Shown piece after piece: positions 11,543 through 23,311 of a DNA stretch of 52,937 bases. The translations under genes and the position numbers were made by a program. The stretch's first letter is position 1; every line of letters begins with the position of its first letter. This DNA is from Basidioascus undulatus (taxonomy: Eukaryota): positions 1-52,937 of the forward strand of contig JTLS01000011.1 in assembly GCA_000826855.1 (NCBI GenBank), in the 5' to 3' direction. Under the pieces are notes generated by a model. The model made no database searches. It saw nothing but the letters and a program-made list of their open reading frames with translations, and had not been told where the DNA came from.

Positions 11543-13369
11543 ATGGTCGCCTCTGCTCTCGCACTGCCGCTCATGGCACTCTCGGTGTCTGCCGCCCCTG
11601 CGGTAGCACCTCGTTGGGGCTGGAACTGGAACAAGCCCAGCCGCGAGTTCAAGAACTACTACGAGTTCTTTGACCTGGAGGGACACCGTGGGTCGAGGGG
11701 TGACACGATCGAGAGCACGTTGCCGGCCTTCGCGAGGGCGCTGGTTTCCGTACGTCTGCAACTTGTTACTTATCGCTTCGAGAATCTTCTTACTCAAACC
11801 ATTTCCTATTGACAGGGTGCTACTACTCTCGAGTTTGACGGCGGCGTCACTGCTGATGGGGAGGTCGTTATCTGGCACGGTCAGTCTGTTTGACATCAGG
11901 CTCGGTGCTTCGAGCTGAGTCCAATACGTCGCGCAACAGACGAGTCCATCCAGGGTACCTTTTGCTTGATTTTTGGTCAAAATTTCAACGGCTAACGACT
12001 GAATTACAGGCGAGAAGTGCAAGGATACCGCTCCCGTCGAAGAGAACGACCCTCTGTTCCCCTACGTCGGCAAGGTCTGTTTGCAATCCGCTGTAACCTA
12101 GCGCAGTGCTCACTCTCGGCTCGTTCCAGCAAGTCGCAAACCTGACGCTTGCTCAGATCAAGGCGAGATCTCTCCGGACCTCTGCTGATCTCGCTGTCAC
12201 TGACCGATGCCCGCACAATCTGGACAGACGCTCGACTGCGGCTCGCAGCGGCTCGACGACTTCCCGTTCCAGGTCCTCCACCCGGGCCAGAAGCTTTCTA
12301 CTTTCCAAGGTGAGATATCTTGTTCTATTTTGAATCGTCTGCATCTTACTCACCATGAGAAACTCGCCCTTCTCAGAGCTCCTGGACTTCGTGAACTGCG
12401 CCGACCCGTCGGGCAGCGTGCTCTTCAACCTCGAGTCGAAGGTTCGCATGCTTACAAGAGTCAAGCTGGCTCAGAGAGTTTTCATGCTAAGATTGGTCGT
12501 ATTCGCAGATCAACCCGATCGAGACCAACGCCACACGCTCCGTCGACGACTTCGTCACTGCCCAGCACGCGGTCATCACGAAGAATGGCCTTGTCGAGCG
12601 TTTCACTTACCAGTCCTTCGGTGCGTCACTCACTTCCCCCTTTTCACGTCTGCCTCTCACACTCACACCATCTCCCGGCAGACTGGCGTACCCTCATCGA
12701 GTCCAAGAAGCGTCTTCCCGCGCTCCGCACCTCCGCACTGATCGACGACACGACCGCCTACGCCGAGGACGGCGGGCCCTCCTCCTGGCTCGGCGGCGTC
12801 AGCCTCGACGACTTCGAGGGCGAGGAGGTCGGCGAGAAGGTCTCCCGCGCCGCGTACAGCATCGGCGCGCAGATCGTCAGCCCCGTTGCGAAGGCGTACT
12901 CGAGCAAGAGTATCGACCCCAACATTGAGGGGTACGCGTGTTTCCCTAGGCTATTTGGTTTTGGCGTTGACGAATCTGTTGGTGACTTTGCAGCTATGTG
13001 AGCTTCACTACCCCCGCTATGGTCAACGCTGCACGCGAGCTGGGTCTCCTTGTCAAGCCGTGGACCCCCAACCGGTCTGTCTAGGCCTTCCGTCCATTCG
13101 CCCACTTCGTCGACTTACCAGCTGTCCCACAGCCTCAACATCATCCAGGAACTCGTTGATATGGGGGTTTCGGGAGTGATCACAGATTGTAGGTCGCCCG
13201 GTCCTTCTCTTTCTCCTACGACCGGTCGTATGCCGACTGCGCCTGCACAGACCCCTACGAGGTCTACCGCTGGGCGGAGGAGCAGACGGACCTCAAGCTT
13301 GCGCCGAAGATGGATAAGGAGCGCGTGGAGAAGTGCTTGGCGAAGCACAACCAGCTGCACAGCCTGTGA
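11543..13369 (+). CDS. Secreted glycerophosphodiester phosphodiesterase (GDPD / PLC-like phosphodiesterase)
   Basis: Signal-peptide-like MVASALALPLMALSVSA. Motifs FDLEGHRGSRG..ESTLPAF, TLEFDGGVTADGEVVIWHD, NLTLAQIKTLDCG, FNLESK, QSFDWRTL, VKPWTPN and GVSGVITDYP. Stop TGA 13367-13369. Includes a GC-AG intron (12163-12227) and a 15-nt exon (11940-11954). Confidence 0.92.
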
Positions 13370-13554
13370 GGGGGGGTATGGGCGTGGACGTGAAGGACGG
13401 ATTAGGGATGAGAGGTCGCGGAATACTATGGATAGACTTGCTTTGCCTTCGGAAAGCTATGTTGATTCGGGTTTGAAACCCTTGAAGCAGAGTGTTAGAA
13501 CAAGAAGAAAACACAAAAGACAGTCAGAAAAGCAGCGTGTGCGAAAGCAGAGCA

Positions 13555-15369
13555 TCAAATATCCAGCTCGCCCAGCGCCTCCTGCTCTTTGCGCTGCTTC
13601 TCCCTCGCCTTCTCCACCCTATCACTAATAGCATCCACGACTCTATCCAGCCCCAACCTCCACCTCGCACTAACCGGCACGACATCCACGTCGTCGCCCA
13701 AGACCTTCTGCGCATGCTCTTCGAGCTCCCTCAGCTTCTCGTGCGCCGTCCGCACCTCCACCTCGTCCGCCCCGTCCCCGCCCAGCAAGTCCGCTTTGTT
13801 CGCCACGACGACGCGTCCGCGCGCGGAGAGCCCAGGGAGGTACGCCTCGAGCTCCGCGACGAGGGTGTCGAGCTCGTGCACGGGCGAGGCGGATGCGAGG
13901 TCCAGCACGTAGATGAGGACGGGGCTGCGCTCGATTGAGCGCAGGAACGAGTGCCCCAGCCCCTTGTTGAGCGACGCGTCGGGCAGCAGACCCGGGTTGT
14001 CGAGCAGCGTGTACCGCAGACGCTCGGGGACGACATCGTTTTTCCCTGGACCGGGGACCCACTCTGCCCCCGCCGCCCGCCGCTCGTCCTCGAGGAGCAC
14101 TTCGTCCCGCGTGTCCAGCACCTCCCGGCCCTCCTCCGCGCCGATGAATCCGCCCCCGACGCGCGCCCGCACGACTCCGATTTGAGGGTTCAGGGTCGTG
14201 AACGCGTAGCCGGCGATCTCGGAACGCCGCCCTGTTAGCGCGCGCAGGAGCGTTGACTTGCCCGCATTGGGGAACCCGACGAGTCCCGCGTCGGCGAGGA
14301 GCTTGAGCTCGAGGTTCAGCGTGAGGTGAGCACCGCGCTGACCGCGCCGTGCGAAACGCGGGAAGCGCACGGTGGTCGTGGTGAATGCGGGGTTCTGCGT
14401 GAATGTCCGTGAGCGTGTCGCGTTAGACGGAAAGACGTAAGATGGTTAGACGTACGCCTGAGCCGCCCGAACCACCCTGGGCAACGAGCACGGGCGCATC
14501 CGACGGCTTATCAAAGTCCAAGTCGACCTCCTCCGGCGGCGCGCCCCTGGCCTTGATTCTCTCCTCCCTAAGGACCGCCTTCTCCGCAGCGAGGAACGCG
14601 GGGTTCTCCATGTTGCCCTCCTCCGCGCCGGGGTAGTGCACCCACAGGCGCGCGCGCCGCGCGTCCTCGTCCTCGTCGGGCGCCTCGTCCGCCTCCCGGT
14701 ACACCTCCTTCACGACCGTCCCCACCGGCACGGGGATGATCATGTCCGCCCCGCGCCGCCCGATCCGGTAGTCGCCCAGCCCGTGCCCGCCGTGCAGCGC
14801 TCGGATGCGCTTCGGGACGGTCGCGAGGGAGGAGAGCGAGGAGGTGGGCTGGAAGTAGATCGACCCGCCTTGCCCGCCGGAGCCGCCGCTGGAGGGAGGC
14901 AAGGTGAGGGGTGAGTGGGGATGAAAGAGCGAAGGATGCCACGAACCTGGGTGGACCGAGACCCGTAGCGGTCTTAGCGAAGGCGACAGCCCCGTTCCCG
15001 CCATTGCCTAAGGTAGCGCAAAAAGCGGTTAGCGTGCGAGGAGACGCGTTAAGAGAAGACGCTCACCAGCTTTGACATCCACCACCAACCAGTCTATGAA
15101 CCCGCCCGTCCCTTTCTATCCACCCAAAAAGCAAAACAACATCAGCATACATACACCCTCCAACCCCCAACCCAAATTCGCTGACCCACCTGCTGCCTCC
15201 GCTTGAGGTCCTTCTTCCTCCGCTCGCGCAGGAGGTCGATCTCCTCTTGCGTAGGTATATCACGCTGAGGCGCGGAGCATGACAGAGGTCGGCCGATGAG
15301 GTAATTGACTAAGCATGGAGCTGTCGTTGGCCGTCTTCGGTGCAGTCTGGCTGCGATTGAGAGGGACAT
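13555..15369 (-). CDS. MTG2: Mitochondrial Obg-family GTPase (mitoribosome assembly)
   Basis: Gly-rich Obg fold (FIDWLVVDVKAGNGGNGAVAF, GGSGGQGGS, IPVPVGTVV). G-domain LELKLLADAGLVGFPNAGKSTLL, AGYAFTTLNP, DNPGL, GLGHSFLRSIER, NKAD, VSA. Arg-rich presequence-like N-terminus. Confidence 0.92.
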
Positions 15370-15692
15370 GGTGAGAGCGAAAGCGAAGCGAGAAGACTAG
15401 GCAAGGAGGACGAGCTTCACGAGCAGGCGCGGCGGGAATTTACCGCAGCCGGCACCGGCGCTGCCTGCTGACCACTCGAACCCGGCAGATGATTGTTTCC
15501 AAGGAACCTTGATGTATAATTTCTTAAGATTCACATGCGTTATCCTGTACAGACTAGAAGAGAGACCTCAAAAAACGTAGAAAGTGTACCGCCTGCCTTG
15601 GGAACAGCACTGCGACGTCCGCGAGCGGAGGCCTTATCCGCCCGCCCTCATCATCTCGACCTCCCCTCCCTACACTCACCCGCTCACGCACA

Positions 15693-18653
15693 ATGACAAT
15701 ACTCACATTTGCGCCGTTCCAGTCTCAAGTCCCTCCGCAGTTGTGGCACTCGCTCACGGCTCTCAAGCTCGACGTGCTCCGCCTCGACGACGCGCCGCGC
15801 GACATCTGCGCTGGGTACGCGCCCGCACGCGAGACCGTTGACCGCCTCACGGGCGAGAGGGTCGGGCTCGGGTGCTGGGCTATGGTGGAGGATATGGAGA
15901 GGTGCGCTGTTGTTCCTTTCTTGTGCTGGGACTTGCATGGGCTGCTGTTCGAGAGGTGCATGGCTGCACTGGCAGAGGCACAGGAAGTTCGGTTATCGGA
16001 GAGCTCAAGAGAGCTCGCAGTGGGGAGATGGCCCTGGTTGAACAGGACAAGACAAGGGAATATCTGTGGTTCTGACAGTTACCTGTTTTTCTTCTGTAGT
16101 GCTCCCACAAATGCATTCCCCATCCACGGCACACTCAAGAACTTGTGCGTCCCCGCGGCGCTCGCCCTTGATGCTGTGCCAGGCTGAGCGCGAGCTCCTC
16201 CTTAGCAACACCCTCGAAGACTTCAAGTCCTCGGACAAGGCAGCCCTCTTCGACTCCGTAGCGGTCGAGGTACCCATTCCCCCCTCCCACCAGCACAACC
16301 GCTGACCACCTCGTCACAGATCGCCCACGCCCCGTCTACCTCCGCCCTGAACCGCCTCCTCCTCCTTACCTTCGCCGACCTCAAGAAGTACAAGTACTAC
16401 TACTGGTTCGCATTCCCCGCCCTGCTCTCCCAGCCCGCGTGGGAGGTCGCCGAGCCGGGGCTGCAGCTGGTGGACGAGGCGCTGGCGGCCCGCGTGCGGG
16501 AGCGCTTGACAGAGGGGGAGTGGTGCTTCTTGGTGAAGGGTGTGGAGAAGGGGAATGTTGAGGTGGGATGGGTGGACGACTGGGAGACTTTCTTCGAGGG
16601 TGTGCCAGAGGACGAGGTGCGTCCTCTTCTCCGTCCTTCCAGCCAGACCTCGCATCCGCTCAACTCATCGGAGACAATTAGAGGATCCTAGCCTTCCACG
16701 ACCCCTCCACGACCTCCTCCCCCGGCTGGCCGCTCCGTAACCTCCTCTACCACGTCCGGCGCCTGCACTCGGTTTCCCGCGTGCGCGTGCTCGCATGGCG
16801 CGGCGACGACGGCGCGCGCAGCCTCGTCGGCGACGTCTTCCTCCTGGATGGGGCTGCCGCGCCCCCACCTGTACCGCAGGGCCAGACGCCCCAGGCTGTC
16901 GGGTGGGAGAAGAACGCGCAGGGGAAACTTGCGCCCCGTGTGGCGGACCTGGGACCGAGCATGGACCCGAGGAGGTGCGTCGGAGTGGGATGACGGCGGA
17001 ATTGAGATAAGGAGCTGATGCTGGGACGGGGCTGGAACCAGACTGGCGGACCAGGCGGTAGACCTGAACCTGAAACTCATGAAATGGCGGTGCGACCCGG
17101 ATCCAGAGCTGATCTTGCAGGGATGAAGGCTGAAGCCTACGATCGCACAGTATTCTGCCCGAGCTCGACCTCGACCGCGTCTCCTCTACGCGGTGTTTGC
17201 TCCTAGGCGCCGGTACGCTCGGTTGTTACGTCGCGCGTACGCTGATGGTGCGTACAGTCCATCCATCCAATTCAGCGTGCAGCCACCCGACTAACGACTA
17301 GTGAACCCCTTCCTGTCAGGGCTGGGGCGTCCGCACCGTGACGTTCGTAGACTCGGGTCGCGTCTCATTCTCGAACCCCGTTCGCCAGCCGCTGTTCGAG
17401 TTCGAGGACTGCCTGGATGGGGGGAAGCCCAAGGCAGCTTGCGCGGCGGAGCGGCTCGCGAAGGTGTATCCTGGCGTGGTGCGTCCTCCCCTGCTTTCTC
17501 TTTCTCGCTGTCGCTGCCCTATTTGCCCTGGATTATGCGCTGATCGTTTTGGGTTGAGTAGAACGCCACGGGCCACACGCTCTCGATCCCGATGCCTGGG
17601 CACCCGGTGCCGAAGGGGCAGGAGGACAAGGTCGCCGCGGACATTGCGACGCTCGAGAAGCTCTTCGACGAGCACGACGCGGTGTTCCTCCTCATGGACT
17701 CGCGCGAGAGCCGGTGGTTCCCGACTCTGTTAGGTGCTGCGAAGAACAAGGTGCGCGCCCCGGACCGTCAATTTAGGACGAAGGAATGATTCTGACATGC
17801 CGGCGGGCCGGTGTGGGGGCTCAAAGATCGTCCTCAACGCCGCACTCGGGTTCGACAGCTACCTCGTCATGCGGCACGGGTCGGGCGTGGGCGCGCAGCT
17901 GCCCGAGGGACGAAAGCGCCTCGGGTGCTACTACTGCAACGATATCGTCGCGCCTGCGGACGTGCGTGGGGGCTCCTTCGTCTTCTTTTCGACCGCTTGG
18001 CTGACTGGATTGCACGCTGACTTTGGGCCGGGCGGAGATAGTCTCTGACCGATCGGACACTCGATCAAATGTGCACTGTGACCCGCCCCGGGCTGGCGGG
18101 CATGGCCGGCGCGTCGGCCGTGGAGCTCCTCGTTTCGGTGCTGCAGCACTCGCAAGGGTCCGTCACGTCCATCTTCTCTCAGACCACTCTTTGAAACTAA
18201 TGCTGTTGGTGCGGAACCCGAATAGGATCCTCGCACCCGCACCGCCGCCGCCTTCCACCGCGCCCGAGCAGAAGACCGCGGAGACGGAGGCTGAGTCCGT
18301 CCTCGGCGTCGTCCCGCACCAGATCCGAGGCTTCCTCGCTCGCTTCCAGACGATGCTCATCGCTGGACAAGCGTACGACCGGTGCACCGCCTGCAGCGAT
18401 ACGGTGCGTACCTCCTCCGGTCCCGCCCTTCTATCTACTCTTCGTTTCATTGGCAGAATCTGACCAACGGTGACCCGACCAGGTCGTACGCGAGTACCTC
18501 GACAAGGGCAAGGACATGCTGCTCAAGGCGTTCAACGAGTCGGACTACCTCGAGAAGCTCACGGGGCTGGACAAGATGAAGGCCGAGACGGACGCGGCGC
18601 TCGAGGCGGTCGATTGGGGCGTCGAGGGCGAGAGCGGGGAAGACGACTTCTGA
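15693..18653 (+). CDS. ATG7: Autophagy E1-like activating enzyme Atg7
   Basis: [133 protein letters not shown], and catalytic [12 protein letters not shown]. Stop 18651-18653. Confidence 0.97.
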
Positions 18654-19654
18654 GTTGCTGGGGGCAGGCTGCTTTCTTGTTTCGGTGATTTCCTCTTGGG
18701 CGTTTCTTCGGGGTTTCGGGGCCTTATTTTGCGATTACTTTCTATAATATCACGTCGAAAATGACACGATATACCAGTTCCAGTTGCTTCACGAGTGATG
18801 CATCGTTCGAGCAGAGCTGTCACCTGCGGCTGCCGTTCTGCATACTGCGTCAAGTCTCTAATACCAACACGTGGACGGTAAACAACAAGACGGTTACGCT
18901 GGCGTGCTTCCCTACGAGGTATCCGCATCGGAAACCACCGAGCCGGCGTGCGCAAAATAAGGACCCTGCCCATCGTGCGTGTCGAGGTGCGACCGCGGCT
19001 GCTGCTTGGTGTATACCGACATCTATCGGTTGCAGCGGGTCGCGTGTCTCCGCTTCTGTTCCGCGACGTGCTGATCGAAGAGGAGAACACGGTCAGGCAT
19101 TGGCGCCGCGATGGCATAGTGCAACGCAGCGCTTTCCTTCCACTCCCTGCCTTTGCACCGTACCGACTGCTTTTAAAATCGTAGTGGGTGGGAGTTAAGG
19201 GCTTCGCAGAAGAAGAGACCGTCATTGCGAGAGGCTAATTGAATGCTTCAAAAAAAGTGAACACGTCCAGACGCTTCGAATTCGGAAACGACGTACTGAG
19301 ATCCAAACACTCAGCCATTGGTTGCAATCCAGGAAGTCCAGTACCTGTGGTATCTTGTAATAAGTACCAGCTGAAATGAGAGAGGGAATATGGCGGTACC
19401 GCAGCGGTGGTGTTGATGGCGAAAACGGCGATCAAGTAGCTGACGCCGTTCTGCGGGTACGACGGTCCGAGCCGTGAGCGCTCTGCTTGCATCGATCTAT
19501 CCAGAGGGAACTTTACGTTGATCATCATCCTAGATAACGTGAATGATACCCCGTGGCGTCCCAATCTGCGGCGGTTCCAAGTGAGCTTAGTGCCCGCCAA
19601 GAACAGCGCAGCGTCGCACAGCACTCACTTCTAAAGTTTGGCTAGTCAGACAGA

Positions 19655-20486
19655 GGACGATTCCGTCAGTGATGCCGCAAGTCTTCACGCCGGTCGAGGT
19701 ACGTCGCCCTCTCGACAGATCGGAAACGGATCTTGAGATTGCCCCGCATACAGGACCTCGTCAAGATACTGCCGAAGGTTTACTACTTCGAGTACTTCCA
19801 GAATCCGGTAGCTGCAAAGGAGATTCTCGAAGATGTGAGCTTATACCTATCCGGATACATTGGCTGCGTGACTGTCCACTGATACACGCTGTCGTCGTCT
19901 AGCTACCGACCTTTCTGAGCCTCGTCTTCCGTTCCGGCGACACCTGACCCACGAGCAAACTGTATCGTCCGGGGGGTCTTCGTGCAGAAAAGGAGAGTGG
20001 CGCTGTAGCAACTGCTGATGTGCTTTCTGAGAAGGTGAGCCCTAACTCCTTTTCCGCCACTTCCAGTTTCCTATTGCAGCAAAAATAATGCTCTTGCTTG
20101 TGCGGCGACTTGGCAGGAGCTCGACTTTTACCTGAACGCGTTCCGAGCTCATGGAATCCAAGGACCTTAAACTACTACAAGGCCGACATGGTGCGCTGGA
20201 AGGAGGAGCAGTCGGTTATCGGCCAGCCTCTTCCCTCGGACATTCCGTACCTCTTCATTCTCCCCGACAAGAACCGCACGCTGCCGGTAGGATGAGCAAG
20301 TAGTATGTAAGACTTACGCTTTGCTTGCACTCCCTGGAATCCCCACTGAACTGGCTTATACTTACGTCGCATGACCAGATTGCGAAGGTGGAACCGATGG
20401 TGGGAGGCGGCCACTGGGCGCATTGGGAGCAGCCGGAGAAGGTCGTGGAGATTGTGGAGAAGTGTATCCCCGAGAAAGGCCTCTGA
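19655..20486 (+). pseudogene. Degenerate, probably 5'-truncated alpha/beta-hydrolase (epoxide hydrolase-like)
   Basis: Spliced remnants DLVKILPKVYYFEYFQNPVAAKEILED|LPTFLSLVFRSGDT* (in-frame TGA 19945-19947), LNYYKADMVRWKEEQ...IPYLFILPDK, and GGGHWAHWEQPEKVVEIVEK. I found no convincing HGxP or GxDxG nucleophile exon upstream. Confidence 0.65.
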
Positions 20487-21403
20487 TATGTCGGTAGAAG
20501 TAGAGGTGTTCTGGAAACCAGACATAGACGGGAATATACGTCTCCTCGAGGTGATCTTTCTGAGTATTATACCTGCACGTGTTGCATTCTTTCTGAAGTG
20601 CAGCGTGTGTGCTGTTTCGTGTATATACAGAGCCAGACAATCCATGTTCATCCATTCAGGAGTCATGGCTGTACCGCAGACCCAACTTGCTCTGATCCGC
20701 ATTTCGATGAAGACCTCACGTTGTTCAACTGCGAATCAGACGCACTTGTGCTGCTAGATGCAGTCAAAAGACGTCCATCGATCAATGTCCCACTGCTCAG
20801 GTCACTTCAATGGTTTGGCACACCCATTCCCCATTTTCGGGCATTTGGATAGAACCCAGTGGACGGCGCAGGCAATGCAAGGCGAGAGCGGCAGTACACG
20901 TTTTTAGAACGCGACTGCCATCGGTATGATCTAAGATGGGTTGTCGGAGGAATTTGCGGTTAGATCGACAGACTGCTCAACATAATTCTTTACCTGCTCT
21001 CCTCACCTGGGGAAGGCCTGGTAAAGAAAGAGAAGACGGGCAGTGACGTTCGATACGCGACTGGAAGCTGGAAAGTACATATAGCAGCTCGTGGCCCCGA
21101 GCGTGTTTGCTGTGGTCGTTCACAATTCCAACTGAGGCGCTCCTTCAGTGAAAACTAATATTTTACTCTCAGGATGTTAGTTCTGGGGAGAAGAGACCAA
21201 GTAAGGCAGAGAGGGTCAAGGTGGGCGAGCGACGGCCCGTCGATGCCCGTCCACCCGGCGATCCGCCTGCTTTCCAGCTCTCCTGCTCGCTTCCACCGCT
21301 TGGCCTTGAACCACAATCATCTCCGCCGTACATCAAGACTCTAACAGGCCTTCCGTCCCCCTGAATCACACTCCCCTTCCCATTGCAAACCACACGCTCA
21401 AGC

Positions 21404-23311
21404 ATGTCCGACACCGAGTCCAACGCAGGCGCCGGCGCCGAGACCGGGGTTCGTCCATAGCTCCACTCATTCCCTAGCATACACTCACCCCCTCCCTTCT
21501 ATAGGACTTGTTCTACGATCCAATCGACCAGCTCCAGTCCCACGGCATCAACGCGCAGGACATCACCAAGCTGCGCGCTGCGGGCATTACCACCATCCTC
21601 GGTGTCGTCCAGACCACTCGGCGCAACCTGTTGAAAATCAAGGTGAGTCTCTCGTACAGTTCTCCAGGGTTTCAGGGGATGGGGCAGCTGGTTGGAAGTC
21701 GACGCATGCAGCCGCGCTATTGTCGCTGTCCGCGGGGGACCTGAGACTGTGTCGTCCACTACTTCACGCACCTCTTCTAAACGATCTCTTGACCTCTGAC
21801 ACTGCCTTTTCTCGATCGCCAGGGCCTCAGCGAGGTCAAGGTCGACAAGATCAAGGATGCTGCGAACAAGCTTAGCAGCGCCGGCTTCATCACCGGCCAG
21901 GAGTGCATGGTCCGCCGCGAGAAGGTCCTCAATATCTCGACGGGATCGAGAGCCTTTGACGGTGCGCATTCCACCAGCCCCCGCCTCTCCGCTGCCTAGC
22001 ATTCGAGCTAAGCCGAGCCAAATACGACAGCCATGCTCGGCGGTGCGTTTTCATCCTCTCACTTGCCGAGCGCAGCTCGCTGACGACACTATCGGAACGC
22101 AGCCGGAATCCAGTCCCAGTCGATCACCGAGGTCTACGGCGAGTACCGCACCGGGAAGACGCAGCTCTGCCACACGATGTGCGTTGTCTGCCAGCTGCCC
22201 CCGGACATGGGAGGTGCGAGCGGCAAGGGTGCGTCTCATCTTAATCCTCCCATCTCTGCGTGTACACGGAATGCTGACAGGACGAGTTGGCGAACAGTCG
22301 CCTACATCGACACGGAAGTGCGTCGCGATCTCGACGCATCCCGTAGCTAGGCGGTCGTCGTACTGACTTCCATCTCGCTAGGGCACCTTCCGTCCCGACC
22401 GCATCCGCGCCATCGCAGAGCGCTTCAATGTCGACCCGGTGAGCCTCCTTCAGACCACGACGCGGGGTAGTCTCCCCAGCTGATCGACCTGAACGTCCAC
22501 AGGAAGCCGCACTCGAGAACATCGCTGTCGCTCGCGCTTTTAACTCCGAGCAGTGGGTCTTCTTCCCGTCTGAGTTTGCTGAACCGAGCACGGGGACTGA
22601 TATGGCGCGTAACTGCGCTCACAGCCAGATGGAGCTCATCCAGCTGCTCGCTGCGAAAATGGTCGATGAGGAGGGAGTCTACCGTGTCAGTCTTTCACCG
22701 CACAGCCAGTCCTCGAACGGCTTAGACTCATCCTCGTACCTCCTCAGCTCCTCATCATCGACTCGATCCTGGCGCTCTTTCGCACCGACTACTCCGGCCG
22801 CGGCGAGCTGTCTGAGCGCCAACAGAAGCTCAACCAGGTCCGTTTGTCTTATTTCTCTTGTTGAGGAGAATCAGGGCTGACGCCCTACCGCAGATGATGG
22901 CTCGTCTCCAGCGCATCTCGGAGGAGTTCAACATCGCGGTGTTCATCACGAATCAAGTCCAAGCCGACCCCGGCGCCGCTCTCGCCTTCGCCGCTGCCGA
23001 CAAAAAGCCGATAGGGGGACATGTTTTGGCTCACGCGAGCACGACTCGCATTTTCTTGCGCAAGGGGCGTGGAAACGAGCGCATCGCCAAGGGAGGACTT
23101 TCAGGTTCTCGTGTCATCGCAACCCCGGCCCGTGTACTGATTGTCTTTCTTCCCCTCCAGCTCGCCGACAGTCCAGACATGGCCGCGCGTCCAAGTTTCT
23201 TTTTTTCCTTTCGTCAAGGCAGCGTGTGCTACTGAATCCCGCCCCTTTTGATCTACACAGGAAGGCGAAGCGACGTACAGCCTCGGTCTGGGAGGCATTG
23301 AAGACGCATGA
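21404..23311 (+). CDS. DMC1: Meiotic recombinase Dmc1
   Basis: Spliced: [72 protein letters not shown] (Walker A)..[21 protein letters not shown] (Walker B)..[92 protein letters not shown] and DSPDM are DMC1-type rather than RAD51-type. Confidence 0.96.

Noticed and set aside
15902..16099. Long (198 nt) stop-free first intron of ATG7 as a possible snoRNA host or coding insert
   Set aside because: No C/D or H/ACA boxes recognised. The splice signals are canonical and the translation is not Atg7-like.
21404..23311. RAD51 as an alternative call
   Set aside because: Diagnostic residues ([25 protein letters not shown]) are DMC1-type.
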